Source of the DNA: Mobula hypostoma
Lineage: Eukaryota
DNA: 64,000 nucleotides
Direction of reading: 5' to 3'
NCBI RefSeq assembly: GCF_963921235.1
Contig: NC_086114.1
Span: forward strand, 57,598,001-57,662,000
In this document: positions 23,651 through 37,494 of the stretch, piece after piece
Position numbering within the stretch: position 1 is the stretch's first letter
How the letters are laid out: every line of letters starts with the position of its first letter
Notes under the pieces: generated by a model
The model's database searches: none
What the model was told of the DNA's origin: nothing
Seen by the model: the letters and a program-made list of their open reading frames with translations, nothing else
Translations under genes and position numbers: made by a program

Positions 23651-24269
23651 GCTAGGCAGTTGGAAGGTGCATCAAAATGAGGATTTATTTTCATAGTGAT
23701 AAGTCAGTTAGATTTGGTAGAGCTATTGAAAAGACAGATAAAATAGGTCCTACATAGTGTCAGGCCAATTTTAATAGACATAACAGAGAAGAGAACAGGA
23801 AACAGCCACTTTAAGGGAGGCTGTTGGGAGACCTTCAGAAAGGAAATTCGAGGGATTAATGGTAAAAATATTCCCACAAAAAGTGTATGACTATCAAATC
23901 TCGAGCCCCTTCCTTGACAAAGTATACAGAGGCAAGAGAAGTTATAATAAGCCAAGTTTACACTATACCAAGAGCTTAAAACAACAGAAAATGTTCAAGT
24001 GTGATAGAAAGCCTAAATAGGAAATAATGAAGGAATGATAAAAACCCATAAAATGTGTAGATGCTATATATATAAACAAAGAGCACATGAACCAAGGAAA
24101 AGAATCTGACTGTTCACAAAAGAGGAGAATGAAACCTTGTTGCAGCTACAAGAATTGATCGAAATAATGGCTAGGATAAAGACAGGAAAAAAAATTACAA
24201 GTATATGCATCTTTGAAAACTGATATACAGTATTCACAGGCCTTGATACAGGAGAACAATGCAGCACCT

Positions 24270-24370
24270 GGTATAAACCCATGCAGTCCCATACAGGGAG
24301 AACATGCAAATTCAACAGACAGCCTCAGATCAGGATTGAACCAAGGTCCCTGAAGCTGTGAGCTCTTGGG
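24270..24370 (-). mobile_element. V-SINE (HE1-like) fragment
   Basis: Reverse strand reads GGTTCAATCC (B box) followed by CTGTCTGTTGAATTTGCATGTTCTCCC, resembling the V-domain. Confidence 0.55.
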
Positions 24371-25066
24371 AGTAAATAGGACAAAACCTTTTCCTGTCTT
24401 CATTTTTGTTTTTTCCATTATAAGTTCCCATAACTGTAATTACAAAACTGGTTAATGGGGCCTCAGCTCAAATTAAATCCAGAGAAAAAACATGCAAGGC
24501 AACCTTGCACCAAACTCAAGGAATGATTTCACATTATCAGATTGTTCGGAAATCATCCTAAGAATTACAATAATATACATGCAAAGAGGCTGGTATTGTC
24601 ACTTGATGATTAAGATTTTCACAAGCAGATCAGTGTAAAGCACACATTTTGGAATATTAAAATGAGCTATTATCAGTTAGGAATTAAATGAAGGTTAGAT
24701 GCTGTGCTGCATGGAGGTGCATTACCATTTTTGGAAGTCGCCAGTTGGCGGAGTTTTCGATATGTCCAGGTTTGGCCTGAAGTCAGATGCCTCTGGGGTG
24801 TGGCCTTGTGTGGCCCCGTGGACACAAACCCTCACCAGTGTCACAAAGTTAAGCAAAGAGGGAACCAGAACATTGAAGACAGCACTCTGTACTTCGTGAT
24901 CAATCACTCTCTCTCTCTCTCTCTCGATGGTGAGTGAGAGTTTGCTGTTATTTCTCAAGTTGGGAAACTCAAAATAAAAAATGCTTCAGATTGACTGTGA
25001 CATGAAACCACAACTATTTGTCTCGCCTCTCGCTGTGGAAGAAATGATATCTGTCTCTCCCTTGTT

Positions 25067-25068
<2 letters not shown>

Positions 25069-25108
<40 letters not shown>
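25069..25108. repeat. (GA)n microsatellite
   Basis: About 20 GA units. Confidence 0.9.
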
Positions 25109-25111
<3 letters not shown>

Positions 25112-26262
25112 AGGATGTCAAAATGTTGGAGTGAACAGTTAGTTTTGGAAGTACATGGTCTCTCTTTGTTGTCTGCATGGTGGGTGGTGGGAATGCTGAT
25201 GCTTTATGCAGGAATAAGTGAGGGGAGGGTTGACGCTGCTCGCTGCATCTTGTGTGTGGGAGGGGCTAGGGGGCTTGGGGTTCTTAAATTTTTCTGTCAT
25301 TCATTCTTAGGGGTTTTCTCTTCTGTTTCAAGGATGTCTGCAGAGAGTCAGAATTTCACATTGTATATGTATAAATTCTCTGATACTAAATTGAACCATT
25401 GAACATGGGATAAAAAAAGCACCATCAGCAAGAAATGATTCTGCGCATTTCATAGGGACCTTTAAGCATAAAACTGTAGGAGTCCTCACTGATGGAACTC
25501 ACAACCACATTCCTGCCCTCCTCAAATGGGAAAGGGACTCCATTCAAAGAATTATCCAGATCACTGGAGAATACTAGTGCACAACTATGGTGAATGAGTT
25601 ACCCTGTTTTTCAAAAACATATAGCAAGGGGAAGATATTAATAACAGGGCATATATGTCTTCTGGTAAAGACAGACCAGTCCAAATGCATGAATCTTAAA
25701 CAAAGAACAAAGATAGATAGTTCAATAAGGAATGAACTGCAAGAATCCACCAAAAGAAGGGGAAAAATGGAATGCCATTCAATAAGCATCGAATTTCAAT
25801 CTTGGCCTCAATAGATACACAAATACAAACACTTGAACTACAAAAAGGTGAAAAAAAGAAACTTCTTTTCATTTGTTTAAGTAGGCAGCACAGCATATAT
25901 CAAGTGTTTCCGCCACACGTTACATTTTCCTTGTCAATTTTAGTTTAATTAGCACCCCTCAGTTATTTGGAAGTCTATCTATAGACTTACTGTGAGTGAT
26001 ATCTAAAGTAGCCATTTGCAAATTACAATTGTGGAAACATAAACAAAGAACATTTCAAAAACCTAGTGAAGCCATCTAAATGATTTCAGAGTAAATTCAT
26101 TATCAGCATGACATTGGGAAAGTCAGACTGGACCCTAGCATTGAAAAGCACATACATAATTCAAGTTTAATTCTGTCCATGATTTACTGTGTGTACTCAC
26201 TTTAGTATGGAGTGAAAATACAATTTAAAGTTACAATCAAAACAAAAAAAACGCTGTCAAAC

Positions 26263-26331
26263 CTTTCAAAGAGCTGTCAATATCTTTACACAATCGGTAC
26301 AAATCACTGCCCTTACCCATCACCCTCTCTC
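26263..26331 (-). CDS. LRRC61: LRRC61 coding exon 7 (GERVMGKGSDLYRLCKDIDSSLK)
   Basis: TTCACAG acceptor, GTTTGA donor, 69 nt; matches human GERVIGRGSEFYQLCRDLDSSL. Confidence 0.92.
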
Positions 26332-26512
26332 CTGTGAATGAAACAAAAACAATTATGATTCTTTTCATTTATTAGAAATAAATACATGTAAAGACAATTA
26401 ATAACATGGTAATACTTGATAATATGTGGTAATACAAAAAAAAACAAACATTACACAATTAACAAATTTTCTCAATGAAAAACTATCTACTATTTTCCCG
26501 GCATATATGATG

Positions 26513-27413
26513 AATAAACACTTCTTGGGCTTCCAGCCAGTTACAGGTATCAATTATAACTGATATTTCGATGACAGACTCTGCCATCTTCTTCAGGGAT
26601 GATACCTGGGTATGTCTTGACCAGTGGTATTTATATCCCCATAGTCTGTCCCTCCTGATTGGTCAGCCCTCATTCAGTTAGGTTTCCACTCTCCCACCTC
26701 GTTTACAATTGAATTCCAGTTCTTACCTAGAGTGAGATCATCGTCTTTGTAAAAATTCTTTTCCTCTAGTTTTATTTCAATGGCTTCCTCTTTCAGGCGG
26801 CCCCAAAGCTATTGGCGCAGCACAGGAGTTTTGTGCTGTCGAAATCAATCCTATGGCCATTGCAAATGCAGTGTTCTGCTACCTCCGATTTCTCTGAGTA
26901 ACCCAAGCAGATGCACCTCCTGTGCTCCTTGATGCGTGTTTCTATCGTGCGTTCTGTCTGGCTGATATACACTGCTCCACATTCACAGGAAATCCTGTAA
27001 ACACCAGCTGACCCAAGTCCCAGGTCATCTTGACCCGCATAAGCTGGGACTTGAGCTTCCTTACGGGTTTCTGGACGGTATTAATCCGGTATTTCTTTAG
27101 GATCCTGGCAATCATTCCAACTACTGTGCCGTAACGGCAGCTTTTGGTAAAGGAAGCCATTGAATTAAAACTACAGAAAAGAATTTTAACAAAGATGATG
27201 GTCTCACTCTAAGTAAGAACTGGAATTCAATTGTAAACAAGATGGAGAGCGGAAACCTGATTGGATGAGGACTAACCAATCAGTAGGGACAGACTACAGG
27301 GGTATAAATACCACCAGTCTAGTCATATCCTGGCATCATCCCTGAAGAACGTCTGTCATCGAAACGTTGGTTACACTTGATACCCGTAACCCAGCTGGAA
27401 GCCCGAGTTTATT
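26513..27413 (-). mobile_element. Penelope-like element 3' fragment (GIY-YIG endonuclease) with an inverted partial copy of its 3' end
   Basis: Minus strand gives GVYRIPCECGAVYISQT..IKEH..AEH..EAIEI (frameshifted); ~27140-27413 is an inverted copy of ~26513-26800; CTGAAGA...GAAA motif in both arms. Confidence 0.85.
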
Positions 27414-27999
27414 AGATTTGCTCAACGTTAAAGATAAGTTAATAAAAATAGTTCTCTTACAAGAACTGCACCAGCAACATCCTAATAACTGAGAATTCAT
27501 TTACAATAAAATCACTAGCATCCCAGTTTACTGTTCAGGTCCTGATTTTCATCCATCAGATTCCATACTGATCACACTGCTATAGGAAGACATTTGGCAA
27601 CAAGTCATCCCTCAATGTAATGAAAGACAAGTGACAAAGGAAAGGAAAGTTTGGTGCTCCATTTTTAACACCAGTCAGAAAACAGGGACAAGAAGAACTG
27701 AGCATCAAGTAGAGAAAATATACAAATTCTTTTTAAAATTAGTAGAATATTCTTTCACCTTGCAAAATAGTGAGCAACTTCAGAAAATAGTAAAAATCAC
27801 AGTCAAGTAGAAGCTTGTTTGAAGAAAAACGAAAGATGTCAGTTGACCAATAAGATATGTTAGCGGATTTTAAAAGGACAATCTAATCAGTTTTCTAAAT
27901 TCTGAATTAGGGATGTAACAAACAGGGTGATAAAATGGACTTAAGTTGATACAGTGGTTTTAGATTTCTAGAAGACATTTGACAACAGCTACATTAGAG

Positions 28000-29996
28000 C
28001 AGTGGTTCCCAACCACCGGGCCGCAAAGCATGTGCTACTGGGCCGCGAGGAAACGATATGAGTCTACCGCACCTTTCCTCATTCCCTGTCACGCCCACTG
28101 TTGAACTTGAATGCACGAGAGATCATTACCCACGTGAGGACATCAGTCGGTCATTAACCTACAACTAGTCGATGAGTAAAAAACAAACGTCGCTTGAGAG
28201 TTTCTTTGGAAGAGATGGTAGGGGACATAAATGGCCTAACGATGATGATAACGCAGAAACAGCTGAGGCCAAGACTGCAAAAAAAGGAAAGCTTCCTTCA
28301 ACAGAAAATAGGACCAGTCGTACATAAAATATGGCTTTATTGCGACTGGTGACTCACATCCTCCAAGCCCCCTATATGTGGTATGTGGAGACAAGCTGTC
28401 TAATGAGGCAATGAAGCCCTCAAAACTGCTTCAGAACCTTGAGTCCAAGCACCCTGCACTTAAAGACAAACCCGTTGAGTTTTCTGAATGGAAAAAACGT
28501 GAGCAAGCGGAACAGAAGCAAGTGCTGAGAGCCACCACATCCACAAATGCTGCTGCTCTGAGAGCGTCGTACTTAGTGGCTAGCCGTATTGCTAAGGCTA
28601 AGAAGCCTTTCACTGTCGGTGAAGAATTGATTCTGCCTGCTGCCAAGGACATGTGCCGTGAACTGTTGAGAGAAGCTGCAGCTAACAAGATGGCACAAGT
28701 TTCTCTTTCAGCTACCACAGTTTCAAGGAGAATCGATGACATAGCGGAGGACATCGAAGCACAGCTTTTGGAACAGCTTAAGGAGTCTGGTTTCACTACC
28801 CGAGTCAAAGAGGTTGCTCCTGAATGCCAGTCTACACACTGTGTCACACACAGGGAAATGCTGGCTAGCCGAAAAATGTCAGCTGATCTTCACAGCGTAT
28901 TGAGTGACGTTGTTGAAGTTATCAATCACATCAAAGCAAAAGCCCTTAACTCACATCTGTTTGAGCAGCTGTGCGAGGAAATAGATGCAGAGCACAAACG
29001 CCTTCTCTTACACACTGAAGTCAGGTGGCTATCAAGGGGGAGAGCCCTGGCCAGGGTTTTTGAGTTAAGAGAGCAGCTACAGAGATTTCGTTCAGGAAAA
29101 AAGTCACCACCGGCAGCACACTCCAGTGACGAGGAGTGGATAGCAAAACTCGCTTATCTGTGTGACATCTTCAACCTGCTCAATGAACTCAATTTGTCAC
29201 TTTGGGGAGAATGACAACTGTCTTCAAATTGGCAGATAAAGTGGCTGCTTTCACAGCCAAACTGGAACTGTGGGGATGGTGAGTGGACAGGGGCATATTT
29301 GACATATTCCCAACATTAGCTGGGAATTTGGGAGAGACTGAGGCTGCACCGTCTTTCTCATAGCTGGTGCGCGATCACCTAACTTCGCTGTCGACAGAAT
29401 TCGAGCATTACTTCCCAACCGCAAATGACCCAAGACGTGCAAAGGAATGGGTCCGTGACCCATCTGTGAATGTCCCCGGTGAATCATCCATGTCAGCGCG
29501 GGAAGAAATTCAACTCCTCGAGCTTGCAAATGACGATGGGCTGAAAAGTATGTTTGACATAACATCTCTGCCGGCATTCTGGATAAAAGTCAAGGCTGAA
29601 TATCCTGAGACAGCCACGAAAGCACTGAAAACTTTGCATCTATTTCCAACATCATATCTCTGCGAAGCGGAGTTTTCTGCAATGAATGCAACGAAAACTA
29701 AATTGTGGAATAGACTGGACATAAGGAACCCCCTTATGACTTATAATTGACATCACTATATTCATGTGAGGAAAATATGCACTGTGTATTTAATATTAAA
29801 TTCGTTAGATAAACCCTTTCAGAAACAAAATTGAGTGTATTAGCCACTGATAAGGGACTTATAGTTGATTTATCACCTATATTCGGGTCGTGATAAACCC
29901 CTACCTCCCCCCCCCCGCACCTCTGGGTCGGCCGGTCTGCAAGACTATTGTCAATATTAAACCGGTCCGTGGTGCAAAAAAGGTTGAGGACCCCTG
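28000..29996 (+). mobile_element. hAT (Charlie/Buster group) DNA transposon with defective transposase, inserted in an old CR1 (~27780-30640)
   Basis: Perfect 8-bp TSD CATTAGAG (central TA); TIRs CAGTGGTTCCCAACC and GGTTGAGGACCCCTG; MKPSKL, KPFTVGEELI, THCVTHRE, EVRWLSRG and FPTSYLCE motifs. Confidence 0.95.
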
Positions 29997-31055
29997 CATT
30001 AGAGGTCAGTGCACAAGAATTATTAAGTTGTAGGTTATACATTGTCATAGATAATGAAATGGTCAACTAGAGAAAACAATTGAGATGAACAAATCATTTA
30101 CAGATTGGCAATCAATTAATGTGGTGCAATGGGGGGGATTAATGCTGGGACTTCAACTACTTGCAACTTATATTAATGATTTTGATAGAGGGTGTTCAAT
30201 TCTTCCTGACTCCATTTCCATACTAGTACCAGAAATTTGGCACCAGATTTTTCTTTCTTTTATCACTGGTTCTTCTTGGAACTAAAGAGTTTCAAGGGGA
30301 TTTGACAGCAATATTTAAAATCATGAAGATTCACTGAGAGAAACTATTCCTACTCGTGAAAGGGCATTGAGCCATAGGGTATTGAATGAAGATGACTGAC
30401 AAGGGAACCACAAAGAGAATCTTTGCTTTTATATACATGCAACAAGTGGTTAGGGTTTGGAATGTACCACCAGAATTTGATTCAACTGTAGTGTTCAAAG
30501 AGGAACTGAACAGATAACTGAAAGGAAAGAAACTGCAATGGTAAGGGAAGTGGAATTAGCTGCATTTGTTTCACATACAATAGTAAGGATGCAGTAGGCT
30601 GTATGGCTTCCTTTGGTGCTGTAACCATTCTGCAATTTTGTGAACATTAGGACATTAAAAAAAGTTAAAATCTGATATGCATTTGAAATCATATTTATGC
30701 ACTAAATTTAAAAGTGATTAACACTTAAATAAACATAATAAAAATACAGTACCTTTTGCCCTACACCATGTGTCTCTCAGTCACTTGAATGGGAATTGTC
30801 GTGCATGGTCAGCAGACAGGTTTTCCAGCATAAAGAGTCAAGAAGCCTGCATATAACTGTGCTGCAGTGTTGGGACTTTAGATGAGTCCAGAGGTGACTG
30901 TGGCAAGGCAGAAAATGCTGCCTATCTGTATTTCTATGGGGATGTACAGATAAACTCTAGCATTCATGCTGGTATTGGGGAAGATCTGTGCCAGTATCTC
31001 AATCTCAATTTCTTAAAAGAGAAACTTCAATTTCTCAATTGTTCAAATTACTCAC

Positions 31056-31121
31056 CATCTAATACCTTTATGTTTGGGAACATGTCCAACATTGTGCTCG
31101 AATATGATGTATTCATACACA
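31056..31121 (-). CDS. LRRC61: LRRC61 coding exon 6 (VCMNTSYSSTMLDMFPNIKVLD)
   Basis: TTGTTTTCAG acceptor, GTGAGT donor, 66 nt; LRR-cap pattern C-x-N-x-S-Y...P-x-I/L-K-V-x-D. Confidence 0.9.
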
Positions 31122-31854
31122 CTGAAAACAAAGACTTACAGTCACATCTTTCTGCAGAAATATTTGCATTTGTAGTGTTATAAGAGTGTTAACTCTGAGG
31201 CAGCAATTATGCTATCCTATAAAAGCATTTTAACATTTCACATAAAATATATACTGCATCTACAAGAAGCATTACATGGTGATCAAATACCTTTAAATGA
31301 ATTTGCCCTTCCTTTAACCTTGTAACATTACTAAGAGGCAAGACGCCATAAATAATAGAAAACCTGTGATTTATTCCATGCCTTTGCACTAATGCAGATC
31401 TGCAATTTACCCAGGCCAGAAATTAATCTAATTCTCATCTAATTATCGCACTGCCTTCAAGGATGAACAGAGTTACAATCTTGGGTGTTCCCAAGTGCTT
31501 TATGTTCAATGGGATAAAGGAAAATACGAATCCAGTTTATACACAGGATTTCATAAATATCAGTGTGATAAATGCCTTCAGTAACGTGTATTAATGAATG
31601 GATAGCTTTAGCATCCAAAAGAATTCCCTTGAGGTAGTATTGTGGGATTTTGCAGCCATCAGGAGGGATATGACAACTTATTCAGTTTATTATCTCATCT
31701 CTGAAATGCCAAATTTCCCATATTATTGCTGTCATTACTGTGGAATACTAGTCTAAGTTTTACTCTCAAATCTCTATTGAAGGGCTTAGATCCAAATCCT
31801 TTTGACTTGAAAGGTTTTGATATGAACTGAGTCACAGCAAAGATAATGAGTTAC

Positions 31855-31940
31855 CTGGATTACTAAAACCGCAAACTGCATCTTTCAATCGAATCGTATC
31901 TAGTTTCTTCAGCTCAGTTATTGAACGGAGGACATCAGCA
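31855..31940 (-). CDS. LRRC61: LRRC61 coding exon 5 (SADVLRSITELKKLDTIRLKDAVCGFSNP)
   Basis: CTCTTTAG acceptor, GTAACT donor, 86 nt, phase 2 to 1; LRR-cap SNP motif. Confidence 0.9.
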
Positions 31941-32056
31941 CTAAAGAGCAGTGCAGATATACAAAAATTGGCTTGATACATTTTTTTAAAAACTTACAAC
32001 TGCTAAAACAAGCATTTCTGTCAAATAGGGACTGCAAACAACTTTTACACACTCAC

Positions 32057-32117
32057 CTGCTGATTAGGTTTCCTGCCAAATTGAGGCTTTGCAAATTTTC
32101 ACAGAAATACAGAGGAT
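32057..32117 (-). CDS. LRRC61: LRRC61 coding exon 4 (DPLYFCENLQSLNLAGNLIS)
   Basis: TTTTCCATTCTAG acceptor, GTGAGT donor, 61 nt; matches human CENLQSLNAAGNLL. Confidence 0.92.
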
Positions 32118-32848
32118 CTAGAATGGAAAATAAAATTTGATTACATTTGAAGACAGAAAAATTGAAGTGAAGACCACATATTCTCTATCCATGATGGCTT
32201 CAACACGCCTGAAGTTATCATCCCCAGACAGAGGAGAAAGCTGTACATTTAGATGACCAAACACTTAACAAAAATTAAATATAAAAAGAGAGTATATTTT
32301 TGCTATGCTGGAATGCATCGTCAAAATAAAATACTTTAGCACAAAACATTAATTCTGTTTCTCTTTGTATTAATGCTTTCTGACAATGTTGAGTTTTTCC
32401 ATCATTTTGACTTTTTAGTTTGTTTCGGACTGAAGGTGGCACTGCTACATCATTTCCAATGGAAGCATCAATTGCACACTGGGCAAAGTTTCAAACACTT
32501 CTATTTGCTGCCCTCAGTGTAAACCAGACTCTTGGGTACACATCATTAACATGCGACAAGTGTAAATTGCATTTCCAAGAGAAATATATTATGAACCATA
32601 GATTTAAATTCTTTATTGAATATATATTTCCAATGAAGTGTTTTTAAAACCAAAGGCTCAAAAACACAGATATAAACTTACTTTAATTAGAGATCAGGGA
32701 AAATTCATATTCAACACTTTATTAAATGTGCAGCTCATTTTACATTACTGCCGTCAGTGAATGTCAAGTGCAGGTCCGAGATCGACAGAGAGCAATGTGA
32801 TTTTATTTTTTTGGAAGTATTTTATTGAGACAAAATTGCTCTAGATGA

Positions 32849-32849
<1 letters not shown>

Positions 32850-32881
<32 letters not shown>

Positions 32882-33207
32882 GTCGACTCAAAGGCCTAGG
32901 GGGCCGGCGCTGGGCACGATGACGGACTCTCCACTTCTCCCTCTCCCTCATCAGTGTGTTCCGTTCATCTACATTAGCCGCGCCGCTGTCTTCTAGGATT
33001 GTGTTGACCATAGTCTTGGGAGGGCGCCCAGGGTTCATCCTCCCGTGCTTGGGCTGCCATATGATGACTAGGCTGGCAGGTAGCTCGGGGTGGCATAGAC
33101 AGTGCCCTGCTAGTTGCAGTCTTCTCGCCTCAATTTTAGTGGTGAGCATCGGTAGGTTGTTATAGAGCTCGACGTTTGTCATGTACTGTTGCCAACTCAC
33201 GCCAAGA
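32850..33207 (-). mobile_element. 5'-truncated RTE/RTE-X-type LINE with (AGT)n tail
   Basis: 12-bp TSD GCTCTAGATGAT (32838-32849, 33208-33219); RRLQLAGHC and GRPPKT C-terminal motifs; trinucleotide tail. Confidence 0.85.
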
Positions 33208-36200
33208 GCTCTAGATGATGAAATATCCTAATACAGACAGATTACTATGAAAATATTAACTATCAAATCCACACAGCAGAAACAAGACACTATATTCATC
33301 TGTGCTAGCCCTCCATCAACATACACATACAAAGGTCCTCACATATTAACTTCACTGGCCCTGCATCCAGATTTATATATTCCCTTCTTCCTTATATGGA
33401 GTGTTCCAGTGCTATCTAATTTAACCACCAAGCATAAATTCCCACTATCTCAGCACCCTCTGAAAAGATATTTGACTTAAAACATGACTAACACTTCCAA
33501 CAACAGCTCACTGTAGGAAGGTAGAGAATCACTAATCTATGTTAGTGTTTTATACAGTTCCTGTTCCTAACTCTTCAAGTGTTGCAATTGACCATAAGTA
33601 CAGCACTGGTATCCTATTGTACCTAGCTGTAGAAAATAATCCAGATATCTTCTTGATTGTGAAAGCGACCTGACTGAATGTAGTGCATGATCGTGCAAAT
33701 ATCGCAGGTTCAGAATGTTTAACAATATGATCCAGATGCCTCCAATTTTTTTTTAAAAAAGTTATAATTTTGAAGAAGTTATAAAACTTAGAGTGGAAAA
33801 GAGCATGAAACTGCACAACCAAGCTTCTAGTTTTACTACTCCATTTTTCATTATGAAGATGTTGCAAAATTGTACATTCCTTACCAATTAAAAATATTGC
33901 TTTGAGCTGCAAGAATTGAGGAACAGCTAAAAACATTTAAATTAATATAGCTGCTTTGCAACTTTAGCTTAGCCCAAAAACCATTACAGCCAATGTAGCA
34001 AGTTAATATCCCATTGCAAAACATGTCAACCACACACATTCCAAAAAGGGGATTAGTGAAGGATTAGTGATTATGGGTATTAGTCAGTGTGGGCTTGCAG
34101 GGTTGATGGACTCATTACTACTTGACTTTCTGACTCTTTGACCCACCATCAGCAACATTTTAATGACCAAATACCAGATAATGTTAGCTGAAGGATTACA
34201 TTTTTGTCTAGGACAAAATGACCAATGAACCAGTTCTTCTTCAACCTAGTGCCTTGAACTCTTTTACATCTACCCAGAGTGCAGAAAAATCCTTAATTTA
34301 ACCCTTCAACTGAAAGACAATCAATCATCTCAAATCTTGCTGTTGCACTCGTTTATTTCTCTGGAGATACAACCTATGCTACGTACAAAAAGAAAAAAAA
34401 AGACATTTTTGGTGGAGGGGCACATCATTAGACATTGTAAACTGTCCTGTGATTAGGCTAGTGTTAAATAGGTGGATTGCTGGGCAGTGCAGTTTGTTGG
34501 GACAGAAGGGGGCCTGTTTCACACACTTTCTAGATAAAATAATAAAAAACAAATGCTTTTCCACAGAAGATTTAATCACAAACTCAGTTTATTATATCCC
34601 TGATTTCAAAAACTATTTCCAAATTAAATCTATTTTTCAGCTGCATTTAAAAAACCTAATCTCTGATGTTCCCTTGTACAAGGGCATGTGGAGTCAGGGC
34701 CAAACCATATGTATTTCAACACAAATGATCATTTGGACTTGATAAATACAAACACATTACTGTCTGCAGATCAGTCTTGAAACACAATTTGTGCTTCCTT
34801 TCTTTGAAAACAAGATGGAAGCTATATGCTTCCACTACAGAGATGAGATTGTCAAAGGTCCAAAGTCCCAACTACAATTATTACTATGTTATTTGGTCAT
34901 GTTTGCCGTCTTCAACAAATTTCAAACTGAAAGGCACCTTCCTATAAACCAATAAAATCCCTGAGTCTGAAAGAACAAGGGAGGAAAATGGAAGGTTTCT
35001 GCCTGCTCAGGCAGATATAAGAGACTACTTGGCACTTGTCAAGAGAGAATTGAACCACCCATCCTTGACATTCAATTACAATAGTATGTCCAAATCTCGT
35101 CATCAATATTCTACAGGTCAACATTGACCAGAAACTCAACTAAACCAGCCACACTGTTACATACCTCAAGGAGATCTTGTGATTTTCTTGTGAGAATGAT
35201 GTAATGGTCTTTTGGAGGTCACCTGATGTAATTTTCCCGCCAATGTGAGGTCACGTGATGACATGTTCACCACGGGTATAAAAGGGAAGACCTCTGGTGA
35301 CACAGTTAGTTTTAGTTTTCCAGCTAGAACGTTAGTCAGAGTCCCCTTTTCCGTTGCGTATATGTTTTATGACGTAGTTTCATTTTGTAAAACGGAGTTT
35401 TATGTTCTATTGTAAGATACAATAATGCTGGATTGGCATTTACCCTTTCTGCCAGCTAGTTGATGTACCTTTTCAGAAGTATAGGAGAGTGAAGACTTTA
35501 TCGAAGTACAGGATATGAAGGATTAAGAGAAGTCGGGAATGTTCGGCAGTTTAATAAAGGATCGACCTTATTGAGTCTTCATTGAAGAAGTAGCAACCTG
35601 CATCAAAAATAACTCTTGCTGAAAGAGCAAGGTAGTTCATGCAAGGTGCTCTCTAGAAATTAAGGTCAGTTGTTTTAAGCCGTTTATTTCCTTTATCGTG
35701 AATCCTTTGGACAGAACCAGCAGGAAAGTCGCGTCTATGAAGAAATCCTTCTCCAGAGAAGTCTCTCCCAATTGAGTGTATAAATCTGTAGGACTTTCGA
35801 ATTTACCACTTTAAGACCTGTATTTTGACTTTACCGCTTTAGGAACTGTTTTCGCATTTATCGCTTTAAGAATCAGTACCGAGTGACGATTTGTTGAACT
35901 GCTGTTAACTTCTAGTTAAGATTTTTGTTTGTTTTTTATTGTTTATCCGTGTTTCATAAATGTTTGCTTGTTTTTATATAACCTGTCTCGATTGATATTC
36001 ATTGTTGCCGGTTACATAACATAATTTGTGGGGGCTCGCCCGGGATCTTGTTCCAAAATTTTGAGTTTAAATGCTGGTTTATTTGTCATTCTGATTTGGA
36101 CAGGGAAATACCTGATTTTTTTTTGTTTGATTGGTGCGTGAGTGGTATTCGGCAGCAATGGATGTTGACTAGCTTATGAAAATGCCAAACCCGGAGTTTT

Positions 36201-37267
36201 TAGAGAATGCGAGATAACCTGTTGTATTGGAGATTGCTAGGAAGTTGGATATTAAGGGAATTACGAAGGGAACCACAAAGGCCTTAATTCGAGGAAAAAT
36301 CGCTGAGCATTATATGAGTTTGAAAATATTTGATGATGAGGTGTTAGATAGGTTTCCAATGAGTAATCTGGAAATGTAGTTACATCATGAACAGATAAAG
36401 TTTTAAAGATTTAAAGTGGAAATGGCCAAAAGAGAGGCTAATAAAAAAAGGGAATTTGAAGAAAGAGAGCAAAATAAATTAAGGGAATTTGAAGAAAGAG
36501 AAACTGAAAACCAGAGGGAATTTGAGTTAGAGATGGAGAAATTAAGGATGGGAAATCAGTCTTCTGGTTCTAAGAAACAGTTTATTGCTAGTCGTGAGGT
36601 TATTTTGGCTCCTCCATTTAATGAAGCTGAAGTGGACAAATATTTCCAGCATTTTGAAAGTGTTGCTCTGAGTTTAAAGTGGCCAAAAGAGCAATGGCCA
36701 GTGATGTTACAAAGTGTAATTAAAGGCAAGGCACAACAAGTTTATACAGCTTTAAATGCTGATCAAGCACTGGATTATGATTTTGTTAAACAGCATATAT
36801 TAAAGGCATATGAGTTAGTTCCGGGAGCGTATAGAGAAAGATTCAGAAATTTGAAGAAATTGATGGAAAAATCTTATGTGGAATTTGCCTATGAGAAATC
36901 TGTGTGTTTTGAGAGATGAGTTTCCTCTAAAAATGTGAATGGGGAGTATAATAAATTAAGAGAGTTGATTTTGCAGGAGGAATTTAAAAGAAGCATTCCT
37001 GTTGAAGTGAGAACATACTTAAATGAAAGGGACACTGCTAAATTGCAGGAGATTGCTAAATTGGCTGATGAGTATGCTTTAATTCATAAGAATAAATTTT
37101 CTCCAGGTAGAACTTTTAAAAGCAAAAATAGCACAGAGAGTCAAGGTAAACCAGAAATTAAATCTGAAGTTAGTGAGAGAAGTAAGGATGAAGGGAGACA
37201 TGTGAAGGAAAGACATTTTGGTATTATTTGTAATTATTGTAAGAAACCTGAATATGTAGTAGCTAAC

Positions 37268-37494
37268 AACAGGAATTCTGCAGATGCTGGAAATTCAAGC
37301 AACACACATCAAAGTTGCTGGTGAACGCAGCAGGCCAAGCAGCACCTGTAGGAAGAGGTGCAGTCGATGTTTCAAGCCGAGACCCTTCGTCAGGACTCGA
37401 CTTCGTCCTGACGAAGGGTCTCGGCCTGAAACGTCGACTGCACCTCTTCCTACAGATGCTGCTTGGCCTGCTGCATTCACCAGCAACTTTGATC
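37268..37494. mobile_element. Palindromic insertion of two inverted Penelope-type terminal repeats
   Basis: 15-bp TSD TATGTAGTAGCTAAC (37253-37267, 37495-37509); ~89-bp arms 37308-37396 and 37405-37493; arm sequence matches the Penelope end at 52877-52970. Confidence 0.9.
37405..37440 (+). ncRNA. Candidate minimal type I hammerhead ribozyme (Penelope-associated)
   Basis: GTC-CTGACGA-AGGGTCTCGGCCT-GAAA-CGTC-GAC: both core boxes, short stem II, flanking GTC/GAC stem I, vestigial stem III. Confidence 0.55.

Noticed and set aside
28378-29750. Domesticated ZBED/SCAND3-like host gene
   Set aside because: Flanked by TIRs and TSD, has stops and frameshifts, and lacks catalytic segments
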